A DNA stretch of 64,000 bases. Origin: Octopus sinensis. Lineage: Eukaryota. Under the pieces are notes generated by a model that was given only the letters and a program-made list of their open reading frames with translations, was not told the origin of the DNA and ran no database searches. Below, in pieces: positions 47,831-61,402 of the stretch (within the stretch, counting starts at the first letter, position 1; each line of letters opens with the position of its first letter). The DNA lies in assembly GCF_006345805.1 (NCBI RefSeq), contig NC_042998.1:62124001-62188000 (forward strand), in the 5' to 3' direction. Made by a program: the position numbers and the translations under genes.

Positions 47831-48365
47831 ACTATTATTATTATTATTCAGTAGTTTTATTTTTATAGTGTGCTTTCACTTCATTACTGAACACAGCTCT
47901 GTGTGCCTTGGGTATGTGCTGTGGTTTGCTGTGATGCTCTTATGGTTACTGTATTGAAAGTGTTTTGCATAGGATGTGTGCAGTGCCCAGTAGTGCTATT
48001 TTCTGTATGTTATATATATTTGTAAGTCCTGGTGTTTTTGTTATGTATTTGTCTGAATATCTTTTTATCATGCCTAATGCACCTACTATGATAGGAAATG
48101 TTTCTGTTTTTAGATTCCACATTAGAGTTACCTCTATTTCCAGGTCTTTGTATTTTGAAAGTTTCTCCATTTCTTTCAGAGAAATGTCATCTGCTGGTAT
48201 TGATACATCAATTAGAAAGCTTTTTTTTTCCTTCATGATCTCTGACAACTATATCTGGCCTATTGGCCTTAATTTCTCTGTATGTATTGGCATATCCCAG
48301 AGTATGGCTGCTTTCTCGTTTTCTGTGACCTTTTCTGGTGTGTGCCTATACCATCTTTTTTTCTG
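47831..48365 (-). mobile_element. R4/Dong-like LINE 3' fragment with RLE domain and (TAA)n tail
   Basis: WYRHTPEKVTENEKAAILWDMPIH..ANRPDIVV..LIDVSIP..KEMEKLSKYKDLEIEV..MW..IIVGALG; the 3' UTR ends in taataataataa. Confidence 0.88.
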
Positions 48366-49734
48366 TTGTTATTCCATAGTGTTAATATAGATTTATTATT
48401 ACTAAAGCTGTGTGCTAGAAAAATCATTAGCACACTGGACAAAATGCTTAGTGGTATTTCAGCCGTTGCTACATTCTGAGTTCAAATTCTGCTGAGGTCA
48501 ACTTTACCTTTCAGTACCAGTTGAACATTGGGGTTGATGGAATTGACTCATCCACACTTTCTCCAAGCTGCCCTTGTGGCAAAAATTTGAAATTATAATA
48601 ATAATAATAATAATTATTGTTATTATTAAAGCAGCAAGCTGGCAGAATCATTTGCATGCTGGGTAAAATGCTTAGCAGCATTTCGTCTGTCTGCACAATC
48701 TGAGTTCTAATTCAGCCGAGGTCAACTTCGCCTTTCATCTCTTTGGGGTCAGTATATTACCAGTGAAACACTGTGATTGATGTAATCGACTTAACCCCAT
48801 TCCCCAATATTTCAGGTCTTGTGACTATAGTAGAAAGGATTATTATTATTAATATGTGACTGGCTAAATCAATGTACCAGTCAAGTACTGGTGTTGATAT
48901 CAACTACCCACATTTCCCCAACATTTCAGTCATTATGTCTGTATTAGAAAGAAGTGTTAAGCACAATGCCTTTAGTTCTAGCCCTACATTCTGAGTTCAA
49001 ATCCCACCAAGCTCTACTTTATCTTCCATCTCTCTGGGGTCAAAAAAACCCAAATAGTACTAGTGAAGCACTAGAGTTGATACAATTGACTTCTCTTTGA
49101 TTTAAAAATTGCTGGCATTTTGTCTAAATTAGAAACTATTGATTTTCTTATAAAGACATAAAAGCTGGCAGAATTGTCAGAGCTTGAGAAAAAATGTCTT
49201 GTAGCTTTTCTTCCAGCTCTTCACATTCTGAGGTCAAATCCTGTCAGCCTACTTTGCCTTTCATATTTTCAGGATTGATAAGGCCGTTAACAATACTGTC
49301 TGACTGAACCATGAGCTGGTGACATGTAAAAAGTACCATTCAAGCATGGTCGATGCCAGTGCCGGCTGACTGGCCTTTGTGCTGGTGGCACATAAAAAGC
49401 ACCCATTACATTCTTGGAGTGGTTGGTGTTAGGAAGTGCATCCAGCTGTAGAAACATTGATAGACTGGATTGGAGCCTGGTGCAGCCTCCTGGCTTGCCA
49501 GCTCTCAGTCAAACCATCCAACCCATGCCAGCATGGAAAGCAGACATTAAACGACGATAATGATGGTAATAAAGTACTGGTCATATATTGGGGTTGATAG
49601 TATCGACTAACCCCTTCCGCTTAAAATTGTTGGCCTTCTGCCTAAATTAGACATCATCATTATTATTATTATTATTATTATCAACAGACGCTTTGTATGA
49701 GATAATGTGTTCTTTAAGTATTTTCTTTTATTGT

Positions 49735-49919
49735 TTTTCTTGTTTGTCCTTTGACTGCGGCCATGCTGGAGCACTGTCATTAGTTGAACAAATCGATCCT
49801 AGGACTTATTCTTTGTAAGCCTAGTACTTATTATATCTGTCTCTTAGGCTGAACCACTAAGTTACAGGGAGGTAAATGTACAAACATTGGTGTCAAGCGA
49901 TGGTTGGGGGACAGACACA

Positions 49920-49958
<39 letters not shown>

Positions 49959-50128
49959 GCACGCGCGGCAGGCTTCTCTCAGTTTCTGTCTACCAAATCC
50001 ACTCACAAGGCTTTGGTCAGCCTGAGGCTTTAATAAAAGACACTTTCCCAAGGTGGCATGCAATGGGACTGAACCTGGAACCATGTGGTTGGTAAATAAG
50101 GTTCTTACCACATGGCCACTCTTGCACC
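49735..50128 (-). mobile_element. tRNA-derived SINE, family 1, with internal (GCAC)n
   Basis: Head, body and tail recognisable. Confidence 0.88.
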
Positions 50129-50349
50129 TATGTGTAATGTTTTGTAATAATAATTTGTGCTTTGGGTAGATGTAGTTGTGTTGGTTTTGATGTTTCTATT
50201 GTATTGAGTACACTGTGCAAGATGTGTGCACTGACTAGCTGTGCTATTATTCTCTGTATGTATTAAGTCCTTGCCTATATATTCAAATACATGGTTTTTA
50301 ATCATTCCCAGAACATTATTATTATTTTTATTATAGAAATTGTTTTTTT

Positions 50350-50640
50350 GCTTTCAGCCTCCACATTCCGCTTATCTCTGTTTCCACATCTTTATATTTG
50401 GAGTATTTCTTCATTTCTTTGAAAGATATGCTATCTTATGAGATTGATATGTCATTTGAGAGGCATTTCCTTCCCACATCATCCTTGATAACAGTATCAC
50501 GTTCATGTTGATTATCATTTGATCTCCCTCTGCATGCACGCGCGTGCATGTGTGTGTGTGTGTTTGGGTATATACACCAGGGTATAGTTACTTTGTCATT
50601 CTCTTCGAAATTTTCTGGTGTGTGTCTATATCACCTTTGT
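50350..50640 (-). mobile_element. R4/Dong-like RLE fragment (more decayed)
   Basis: Minus strand ISFKEMKKYSKYKDVETEISGMWRLK resembles 47946-48248. Confidence 0.7.
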
Positions 50641-51021
50641 ACTTCGTCGTCATCATCATTTAATGTCTGCCTTCCTTGTTGGCAGGAGTTGGACAGTTCA
50701 ACAAGGATGCAACAAACCAGAATGTTGCTTCAAGCTTCAGTGTCTTATTTGGCACTGTTTCTGTTGCTAGATGCCAACTACTTCAGAAACCACACCTGTT
50801 GAGGTCACCAAGTAAATTACAAGACAAGCACCTTTGGCCAAGTGGGTATGTAGTCTCGAGGGAAGAGATGACCTCTGATGATGGAAAACAACAACAATCA
50901 GATATTCACATTTGAGTCTGAATGTATTGAGAATGAATAGATATCTTATTGTTTGGATTCTTGCTGTTTGGTGTGAATCCCATGAACTAAATTAAACCTT
51001 GTATCAAAATTTCATATTTAA

Positions 51022-51360
51022 GCGCAGGAGTGGCTGTGTGGTAAGTAGCTTGCTTAACAACCACATGGTTGCGGGTTCAGTCCCACTGCATGGCACCTTG
51101 AGCAAGTGTCTTTTACTATAGCCTCGAGCTGACCAAAGCCTTGTAAGTGGATTTGGTAGATGGAAACTGAAAGAAGCTCATCATGTGTGTGTGTTTGTCC
51201 CCTCCACCATCACTTGACAACCAATGTTGGTGTGTTATGTCTCCGTAAGCACACCAGCATATAAGTACTAGGCTTACAAAGAATTAGTCCAGGGTTCGAT
51301 TTGCTCGACTAAAGGTGGTGCTCCAGCATGGCCGCAGTCAAATGACTGAAACAAATGAAA
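51022..51360 (+). mobile_element. tRNA-derived SINE, family 1 (full length)
   Basis: gcgcaggagtggctgtgtggtaag...gactgaaacaa. Confidence 0.9.
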
Positions 51361-51383
51361 GATTATTCCAAACTTAAGCTTAA

Positions 51384-51599
51384 CCCTTTTGTTACCAACC
51401 CAGCTGAAACCGGCTCTAACTCTGAGTACAAATGTTTTGTTTTCATAAGTTTTGAGTTAAAATTTTCCACCAAATCTTTGTCACAATTTATGTTCCTAAA
51501 ACTAACTAAATGATAACCGAGTTATTTTACTAAATTCTTTGTTGTATTTAAAGTAATTGAAAGAAACACAGAGCATCTCAAAATACAGTAACGAAAAGG
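51384..51599. mobile_element. TTAA-flanked MITE, family A
   Basis: TTAA-cccttttgttacc ... gtaacgaaaagg-TTAA. Confidence 0.83.
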
Positions 51600-53649
51600 T
51601 TAAAGTGTGACAAAATTACTTTACGAAATTCGTCATTATTTTCAATATTGATTCGAAGGCATTGTATTTCAATGAAAGTATATTAAAAAGGTTAACTTCA
51701 TAAACAATGTCCATATCTTAAAATTACCACATTCTGATGGCTGGTGAAAATGATGCTCTTCACAGAAGTGCTTCTCCCAAGCCACATCATCATCATCGAT
51801 ATTAGCAATTATGATTATAATAATAATAAAGCAGCTAGTTTAGAGAATCGTTAGCAAGTTGGACAAAATGCTTAGCAGCAATTCTTTTGACTTTACTGTC
51901 AAAAAGCACCATCCAAATGTGGCTGATGCCAGTACTCCCTGACTGGCTTTCGTGCCAGTAGCATGTAAAAAGCACCATACAAATGTGGCCAATGCCAGTA
52001 CCCATTGACTGGCCCTTGTGCTAGTAGAACGTAAAATGCACTATTCAAATGTAATCGATGCCAGGCCTGCCTGACAGGCTCCTGTGCCAGTGGCATGTAA
52101 AAAGCACTCACTACACTCTCAGAGTGGTTGGCATTAGGAAGGGCATTCAGCTGAAAAACATTGCCAGATCAAATTGGAGCTTGGTGCAGCTGCTGGTTTT
52201 GCAGATCTCAGTCAAACCATTCAACCAATGCCAGCATGGAAAACAGACGTTAAACGATAATGATGAGTTGAGTTCAAATCCTGCCTTGATTAATTTTACC
52301 TTTTATTCTTTAGGGGTTGATTAAATAAGTACCAGTTAAGCACTGGGAGTTGATGTAATTGTGTAGACCTGCCCTCAAAATTCCAGGCCTTGTGCTTATG
52401 GTAGAAAGGATTATTATTATTATTTTAATACAGCAAGCTAGCAGAATCATTAGCAAGCCAGGTGGAATGCTTAGCAATACTTTGTCCATCTTTATGTTCT
52501 GAGTTCAAATTCCACCAAAATCAACTTTGCCTTTCATCCTTTGGGGTTGATTAAGTAAGGACTAGTTAAGTATGGGGTCAATATAGTCGATTTATTCCCT
52601 CCCTCAAAAGTGCAGGTCTTGTGTCAAATTTTGAAACTATTAATATTATTAGTAGCTAGCCTGTCGTATATATGTATATACATGTGTGTATGTGTTTGTC
52701 CCCCCCAACATCGCTTGACAACTAATGCTGGTGTGCTTACGTCTCCGTAACTTAGCGGTTCGGCATAAGAGAGTGATAGAATAAGTACTAGGCTTACAAA
52801 GAATAAGTCCTGGGGTCGATTTGCTTGGCTAAAGGTGGTGCTCCAGCATGGCCACAGTCACATGACTGAAACAAGTAAAAGAGTATTATTATTATTATTA
52901 TTCCCATATTCTTCTGTTTATATCTTTCTGTTTAATTTGTTTTGTACATTTATAATTAATTATTCAACAGTACCTTTTAATAAGTCAGAAAAAAAAATTC
53001 TCCAAAAATAATTCTTCTCTGCCATAATGTTTCAAAGCTTGGGAATAATGATGATGTTGCTGATTGATAATTATAGTGATTAGTTCCTTAATTGCCGCCA
53101 GTGCACCATAATTAGAAAATATTACAAAATCATAGATAATAGCACAAGGACATTCCATACACAAACATGTAATTCAGACATTTATATTACATTGAACATA
53201 CTCTCTCTCTCCCTGCTATGAACTCTTATGCCATATTTGTACTGATAATAATTGTTCATCTATTTGTTGAGTATAATATTACAGAAGATAATAGCTGATA
53301 ATTCAATAACCACATCTATTCCATTCATCTGTGGTAGTGGTGTTGGTGGTTTTATATATATATATATATATTCTATAAATAATAATAATAGTATTTTTTA
53401 TAAGCTTAAAGCTTATAGTGATCACTGTACAAATGACTAAGGAAAATAGTCTAATAATGGGGCACATAAGCCCTCGATAAAAAAAAAGTAGGCTTCCCTG
53501 TACACGTGGACCATAAACCCACATCCCTTTCTTAACGCAACTGTGTTATCGATTACACCAACAAACCAGCCTGCTCTTTTCTGTCAAATTTAAGAACTAT
53601 ATTATTTCGTAGTTGTTTTTTTTTTGTAAACAAACTTTGTGCTTTTGAA

Positions 53650-53695
<46 letters not shown>

Positions 53696-55440
53696 TTATA
53701 AAATTATTTTATCATTTTCTATCTTGACTTTTTTCCACACACACACACATACATGTCCCACCCATGCTAGCATAGAAGGTAGGCGTTAAATGATGATGGT
53801 ATATATGTATATATATCCAATATCTCAGTTAATGAAATTAATATGTTCCATAGTTATTCTGTATGTCTGTCAGAAACTTTGCTATGAAAGGAAGGTAAAA
53901 TGGGTTTTACACAGGTAAGTTCTCTTAATTGTTTAGACATATTGTAACATCATCATCATTTAACATCCGTTTTTCATGCTGGCATGGGTTAGATGGTGTG
54001 AATGAAATTGGTAAGCAGCAGAGCTGTACCAAGTTCCATTCTAGTTTAATTTGGTTTCTACGGCTGGATGCCCTTCCAAATGCCAACTGCTCCAAGAGTG
54101 TAGTGTATGCCTTTTACATGTCACTGGCACTACACTCTCTCCTTCTCTTGCAATTCCCTCAGGCTGGGTAACCATGTATTACCTTTGCGGTAGCACACCT
54201 GTTTCTGTCTTCATTCTTGATCTCTCTCTCCCCCGTCAGGTAACCTTGTACTTCCTCTACAAGACACCTGTTTCTGTCTCTCTATAACCTTTCATCATCC
54301 AGCACAAGATCACCTCCTCCTGTTTCCCCTCCCCTCTTGAAAGTGTTTTTTTTTTGTCTTGCAAGTACTTGGTGACTGTGTCAGTGCAGGTGCCACTTAA
54401 AAGCACCCAGTCCATAACGTAAAGTGGTTGGACGTTCAGAAGGGCATCAAGCTGTAAAAACCTCGACAAAACTGACCTCGCCTGTGCTTGTGCCATGTAA
54501 AAAGCACTAAGTCCACTCTGCAGAGTGGTTGGTGTTAGGAAGGGCATCTAACTGTAAAATCCTGCCGAAACAGTCACAGAAGTCTGGTGCAGGCTTCTGT
54601 CTGGCCAGCTCTTATGAAACCATCCTACCCATGCTAGCATGGAAGGCAGACGTTGAACAATGATGATGATAATGCCCACAATGCCTATAAATATATAGAA
54701 AAATTCTTTGAACAAAATTACTTGTAATTCAATAAATATATATGTGTGTATTTACATCATCATCATTGTTTAACGTCCATTTTCCATGCTGGCATGGGTT
54801 GGATGGTTTGACTGAGGGACTGGTAAACCAGCAGGCCACACCAGGCTCCAATCTGATCTGGCAATGCCCTTCCTAATGCCAATGACTCCAAGAGTGTAGT
54901 GTGTGCTTTTTACGTACCAGCGGCACTGGCATTGGCCACGTTCGGATGGTGCTTTTTATGTGCCACCGGCACAGGAGCCAGTCAGGGCGGAGGGGCTAGT
55001 ATCGACCATGTTTGGATGGTGCTTTTTACGTGCCACCGGCACAAGGAGCCAGTCAAGCAGCTCTGGCAATGACCCATGCATGAATGAATGGTGCTTATCA
55101 TGTGCCACCAGCACTTGTAACAGCCTCAAGTATAATTTCCATTTGATTGTGATTTGATTTGGGTTTGATACACACATAAAATTTTAATGAGTGATGACAA
55201 ACAAGGCCACGAGTCTTCACGTGTGTGTGTGTGTGTTGATATTTCCCACTATTGCTACTTTGAGTTTCTGTTGTAAAGTAATCTTCTATAGAAAGTATCT
55301 TTCAACATAAATGTAATACATAATTATTAGTGACAGAAGTACTATGAATACCAAAGGGTAATCTTGATCTCCAACTTAACATGGAGGTTGTGTTGGAACA
55401 TAGAATACTTGGCCACCGAAACTGCCAGATCACATAATTT

Positions 55441-56492
55441 GGATCTTTTTACTTTGACCAACAGATTTTTAAAATAATTTCTTTGTAACTAAACACTTTT
55501 AAACTTCGTATACTGGTAGAATGTGTTACATAAAACATCTTTTTCTCTTGGCTTTCTTGAGAAAATTCTGTAGTTTGTAAGCTATTTGTTGTTAAATTTC
55601 TTACATTTTGGCAATTTCAACCAATCAATGACGTCTATTGAGGTGAATACAATTTCTGCTGTTGTTTGTCAACAAGTTCAACAAGAACTTCCAGCAGTGT
55701 ATATTTCATTTAAGAAACAGATTGAAATGCAATAAAATAGATCGATACTCAGACCTGAGATTATCATAATTATGAGGGGGTCATAATTATGGGTGGACAC
55801 TAAATGAGGGAACAGTTTTGTTATCCAGTTCCGTTTACAAGTGACCCCTCAGTTTATGGCCACAAAATGTTTATATTTGCAGCATCTTTCACATCATTAT
55901 ATAATATACATTTATAGATATGTATAATATAGTTATTGTATGTATAGATAAACAATTTTTATGATGTATATAAATTCAATTTATATTATGTTGGATGCAT
56001 GAAATGTTATATGTAATACTGTTTCATTCATTTATTAATTATCGCTTCTCATCATTAATACCCTTTATTCATTAAATTATTCGGCAATCATTCGGTACTA
56101 GTTACATAGCTGTCACTTATAAACCCACGTGGGTTTATTTATATTTCTGAAGAAAAAAGAAACCCTAGCCCCACAATCTTTTATTCATACAAATGTTACT
56201 GATATGAAACATGTCATAAATAACAGTGACAAACTAAATAGAGACTGCAAGAAGTTGTTGTTGACAAACAACAGCAGAAATTGTATTCATCTCAATAGAT
56301 GTCCTTGATTGGTTGAAACTGCTGAAATGCAAGAAATTTAACAACAAATAGCTTGCAAACTACAGAATTTTCTCAAGAAAGCCAAGATAAAAAGATGTTT
56401 TATGTAACACATTCTACCAGTATACGAAGTTTAAAAGTGTTTAGTTACAAAGAAATTATTTTTTAAATCTGCTGGTCAAAGTAAAAAGATCC
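55441..56492. mobile_element. Non-autonomous long-TIR DNA transposon (Merlin- or MULE-like), 1052 bp
   Basis: Inverted repeats of about 235 bp starting GGATCTTTTTACTTTGACC; perfect 8-bp TSD CATAATTT at 55433-55440 and 56493-56500; no ORF. Confidence 0.85.
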
Positions 56493-56773
56493 CATAATTT
56501 TACCCTGCTATGAGCTCTTCAGTGACAGATATCTAGCAGTGACAAAACAACCAAATTTCCTGTTGATGATATATTGAATATCAGTGTCTGGCATGCTAAC
56601 GTTTCTGCCAGCTTGCTGCCTTAACAAAACAATTTATATTCTTTTCTACTCTCGGCACAAGGCCCGAAATTTTTGTGGTAGGGGCCAGTTGATTAGATCG
56701 ACCCCAGTACGCAACTGGTACTTAATCTATTGACCTTGAAAGGATGAAAGGCAAATTTGAACTCAGGGTTTAA

Positions 56774-56973
56774 CCCTTTAGTGTTCAGAATACTCTGTTA
56801 AATATAATACTTTTTCACTCAAATTGTTTTGAATTAATCATGCATTATCTTATAGCTTTGAGGTTTCAATGATGTCATTGTAGGTTATGAGTGAGAGGCT
56901 AGATATCGCCAGTTTGAATATAAAACATGTAGAATGTATTGGGCCGGATTTGGCCGGTTTAAACACTAAAGGG
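56774..56973. mobile_element. TTAA-flanked MITE, family B, inserted in a family 2 SINE
   Basis: TTAA-ccctttagtgtt ... aacactaaaggg-TTAA; the SINE continues on both sides. Confidence 0.85.
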
Positions 56974-57681
56974 TTAAAGACAGACGAAATACCACTAAGT
57001 ATTTCACCCGACATGCTAATGTTTCTGCCAGCTTGCTTCCTTAACTTGGCCCACATATTAAAAAAAATAAAAAGACTGTGAATATCTGCTTTAACCTGTA
57101 GGTCATGCACCTTACATACACACACACACACTGAGTAAGCAAAATGAAGCTGAAATAGTTTGAAAGCAAAAGAGGAATTTATGCAAATTTTTCCATCTCT
57201 AAGCAATCAGTAATTCTAATTTAAAGATAAGGTTGATGACCAATCGCATATTGTACGTTAACTTATGAATATTTTAACTCCAGTAATTAAAGGTTTTGAT
57301 ATTTAATCAATATGGCAATATTTACATTTTTTTCCCTCTTTAAAAAATTTTTTTTATTATTGTGTTAACATGTGTTCTCGCTATCAGCTTTTAAAAATTC
57401 AGTTTGCAATATGTCACAATGTCTTTGTAAATGGCCTTAAGACAGAGCTTATGTAATAATAAAAAAAAATGTGTTGGTAACATCACAACATAAATCTTGT
57501 GTTAAAATTTATCTCTGCCCCAAGAGGATGTCACAATTACCAGATATTGACATCACGCTCCATACGAGAGGGAGAAAAAATATCAAGAACCAAAAATTCT
57601 CCAAAGTTGACATGCCAGCTTGTCAAATCCCGTCAAAGTGTCCAGTTCATGCTAGCATGGAAAATGGATGTTAAATGATGA

Positions 57682-58091
57682 TTTATATATGTATATGTAT
57701 ACATGTGTGTGTATATATGTATGTATGTATGTATGTATATATGTGTGTATATGTATACATGTGTATATATATATATATGTGTGTGTATATGTATACATGT
57801 ATATATATATGTGTGTATATGTATGCATGTATATATATGTGTGTGTGCGTGTGTATATGTATACATGTACGTATATATATATATATCTGTGTGTGCGTGT
57901 GTATATGTATACATGTATATATATGTGTGTGTATGTATATATGTGTATATATATGTGTGTGTATGTATATATGTGTATATATATGTGTGTGTATGTATAT
58001 ATGTGTATATATATATATATATCTGTGTGTGCATGTGTATATGTATGCATGTATATATATATATCTGTGTGTATATATGTATACATGTGTG

Positions 58092-58135
<44 letters not shown>
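57682..58135. repeat. Compound (TA/TG/CA) microsatellite-minisatellite tract
   Basis: About 450 bp of alternating purine-pyrimidine sequence, including near-identical units of about 30 bp at about 57920-58010. Confidence 0.95.
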
Positions 58136-58139
<4 letters not shown>

Positions 58140-58618
58140 CATCGTTTAACGTCTATTTTCCATGCTGGCATGGGTTGGATAGTTTGACTGGGGACTGGCA
58201 AGCCAAGAGGCTGCACCCGGCTCCAATCTGATCTGGCAGTGTTTCTACAGTTGGGTGCTCTTCCTAATGCCAACCACTCTGAGAATACAGTGGGTGCTTT
58301 TTACGTGCCACTGGCGCGGGAGCCAGTCAGGCAGGACTGGCATCAACCACATTCAGATGCTGCTTTTTACGTGCTACAAGCATAGGAGCCAGTCGGGGCG
58401 GTGGGGCTGGAGTTGACCACATTTGGTTGGTGCTTTTTACATGCTACAGGAACAGGGAGCCAATCAGAGGGTACTGGCAATGACCCATGCATGCATGATG
58501 CCTATTGCATGCCACCAGCAAGGGAGTTAGTCACGTGGCACTGGCATAGGCTACAATTACAATTTACATTTGATTGTGTTTTGATTTGATATGATATATA
58601 TCTGTGTATGCATGTGCA

Positions 58619-58678
<60 letters not shown>

Positions 58679-60036
58679 AATATATATATATATGTGTAAG
58701 CATGTGTGTGTCTTACTCTCTCTTTGCCTTGACATTGCAAAGAGAGAGTAAGCTGTGTCTTTTGTATTTAGTTTTCCTCAAAAACTTGTTTGGCTAAGGG
58801 GTAATATTACTTTACTTCAAAACAAGTGTGGGTTAGCAACAGGAATAGCATCCAGCTGTAGAAAACTACCTCAACAAATTTCATCCAACCCATGTGGGCA
58901 TGGAAAGAGTGGATGTGAAACTGGTGATGTTGATGTACCATTTTTAAATGTGAGAGTAGGAGGGAGGTTTGACTGCTATTTTTAGGAGTTAAAGTAACCA
59001 TACAATGGCCTTCTTGTTGGCTTATAAACTTTTTTTTAGTGTGTTTATAACACACTAGATTCATTTAGGCCATTTAGAAAAAATTATCTTTCAAGGTTTT
59101 TAGATGAGCATTACTTTATTAATGATGCCTTAGTGCTTGAAATGGTGCCAGCATGAGCATATTGGTAAAAGACTGAAAGACATTTGAAGAACTATTTAAA
59201 GAACTACCAATATTGACTCTGACAATATTCTTCTATGTGAGAAGCAGCAGGTGGTGGTCTGCAGAAATGGTTTCCTAGAGATCTTTGTTTATTTTATCTT
59301 ATTTTTTATTTATTTATTTTTTTTTTGACATTCTGGAATTTGGTCTTCCATTGTTTTCTCCTGCCTTTCTTCACAGTATTTACCATTATCTGACTTTGCT
59401 ATTTAGAAACAATCTGCTTTTAGTAAGTTAGCCAAATCATTTGTTTTATATATATATTTGATTTTGTATTGGTTTTGGATAGAAAATGAAGGAATTTTAT
59501 TCATTTAGTGTTGAATCTTATAATGCTAAAAACATGGTAGTAATTCTTAAAATAGAAATTACAATTATTACTTTCTTTACAGCATTGATAATATGGCTCT
59601 AACAAGTTACCATCATCATCATTGTTTTAATGTTCACTTTTCCATGCTTGCATGAGTAATCTGGAATTCACTGTGGCAAATTTTGTGTAGCTAGATGCTC
59701 TTCCAGTTGCTAATCATCACTAGTTTCCAAAAGCAAATACTTCCCCGTAGTTGAACATATTTTCATAGAAGATTGGAAATCAGGGACACTGCTTATATGA
59801 CAGTGATTCTCATTTACAACTTTTGCATGATGTTAAGACAAAGAAACACACACACATAGATGTGTATACACATTATAAATGATAGGCTTCTGTTTCTGTC
59901 TATCAAATCCACTCTCAAAGCTCTGGTTGGCTCAAGGCTACAGTAGAGGAAATTTGCCCAAGGTGCCATACAGTAGGATGGAACCCAAGACCTTGTGACT
60001 GGGAACTTCTTAACCACACAGCCATGACTATACTTT

Positions 60037-60430
60037 TCATCATCATCTGTTGTCCATGCTGGCATGGGTTGGATGGTTTGACCGGGCTGGCATGGTGGAA
60101 GGCTGCACCAGATTCCAGTCTGATATGGCATGGTTTTCTACAACTGGATGCCCTTCCTAACGCCAACCACTCCGAGAGTGTAATGGGTGCCTTTACATGC
60201 CACCAGCACAGGTGCCATTTGCATGACACCAGTAACGGCCACAACTGCGATTTTGCTTGGCTTGATGGATTTTCTCAAGCATGACATAATGCCAAAGTTT
60301 TTGGACATTGCCTCTGTGAGGCCCAACACTTGAAAGGAACTCATCCACTTAGCCCCTGTGAGGCCCAACATCTGAAAGAAACTCAGCCATTTAGCCTCCA
60401 TGAGGCCAAACACATGAAAGGAACATTTGT
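60037..60430 (-). mobile_element. RTE-LINE 3' end with three 42-bp tandem copies of the ORF2 terminus
   Basis: tgaggcccaac..gaaag.aactca.cca units start at 60317, 60359 and 60401. Confidence 0.82.
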
Positions 60431-61077
60431 TGTTATTTAATTCAATATTCACAAGGAAGCAATCTACTGGAAGGTGTGTTCTTGTAGTAATTACAGTATT
60501 AGTTCTCTGTTATCATTAATTGACCAGGCACATGTAAACTCAAGCCAGATTTTGTTACCTTCTTCCCTAATTCAAAGAATTTGTGATCTCTTATCAAAGG
60601 ACATCCCCCACAGTTTTCTTCAGATGCACAGGGATTTACGCTATTGTGGTTTATGTAATCTTTGCAAACATCAAAGAATGTTATTCATGAAGCATTAACA
60701 ATAGTTTTGTGTAAAATAATACTCATTTACTCGTTTGAGCCATGTGGCCAAGGTCATGCTGGAGCGCTTACAATGAATAAGTCCTGGGGTCGATTTCTTG
60801 AACTTAAGGCACTACCCTAACATGGCTGCAGAATTCAAATCCATTACAAAATGGCAAAATATCCTGATTTTTAGACTAGGTACATCATAGTTCTGTGTGT
60901 CATAAGAGGCAACTAAAAGGGTGTCAATATGAAAGTGATTGGCGTCATAAAAACACTGCCTCAAGAAGTCTCATTCAGTTCCTGACAGCATGGGAAAGTG
61001 GATGTAAGAACAAAGATGATGGTGTTGATGTTGATGATGTCTACTAATAATTTGTTTGCTTTTTCTTTCTTTTCCAG

Positions 61078-61285
61078 TAATTTCTTGATGTGAAATAGTC
61101 CGATCATTGGCAAGGTGTTTGTTTTTTTTTTCCTCCTCCCTCCATTTTGCGACCCTCCACTGAGCTAGTGTGAGGGTTATGGCTTTTCAGTATCACCGTG
61201 AACACCTTTATGATAGTGCCAGTAGTGACACGGAGGATTACTCGGAATCTGAAGATAGAAAGAAAGCTTGCATTAAGCGTACAAG
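61078..61285 (+). other. Spliced exon containing the probable start codon of a plus-strand host gene
   Basis: tactaat branch-like motif, long pyrimidine tract and CAG acceptor at 61077; AAG|gtgaga donor at 61286. Confidence 0.6.
61179..61285 (+). CDS. N-terminal coding segment MAFQYHREHLYDSASSDTEDYSESEDRKKACIKRT (phase 2) of an unidentified protein
   Basis: gttATGG start, 35 open codons with an acidic Ser cluster and a basic patch, ending at a canonical donor. Translation could instead enter through the ttttcag acceptor at 61190. Confidence 0.55.
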
Positions 61286-61402
61286 GTGAGAAATTCAAAG
61301 TTTTGCACAAATTCAGTTTTTCTATCTTCTTTGTATTTGTGAAAAGAGAACAAAGAAAACCCTAAACTCCTTCACATTCAATTTTTCAAACCACCCATCA
61401 TA

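Noticed and set aside
51899-52270. Regularly spaced repeats of about 45 bp that resemble a CRISPR array (also at 10640-10800, 14300-14560 and 54900-55110)
   Set aside because: The units are degenerate internal repeats of the RTE tail with related spacers, the context is eukaryotic and there are no cas genes.
57633-58231. Five overlapping ORFs of 133-187 aa
   Set aside because: They lie within a compound dinucleotide tract that lacks stop codons by composition.
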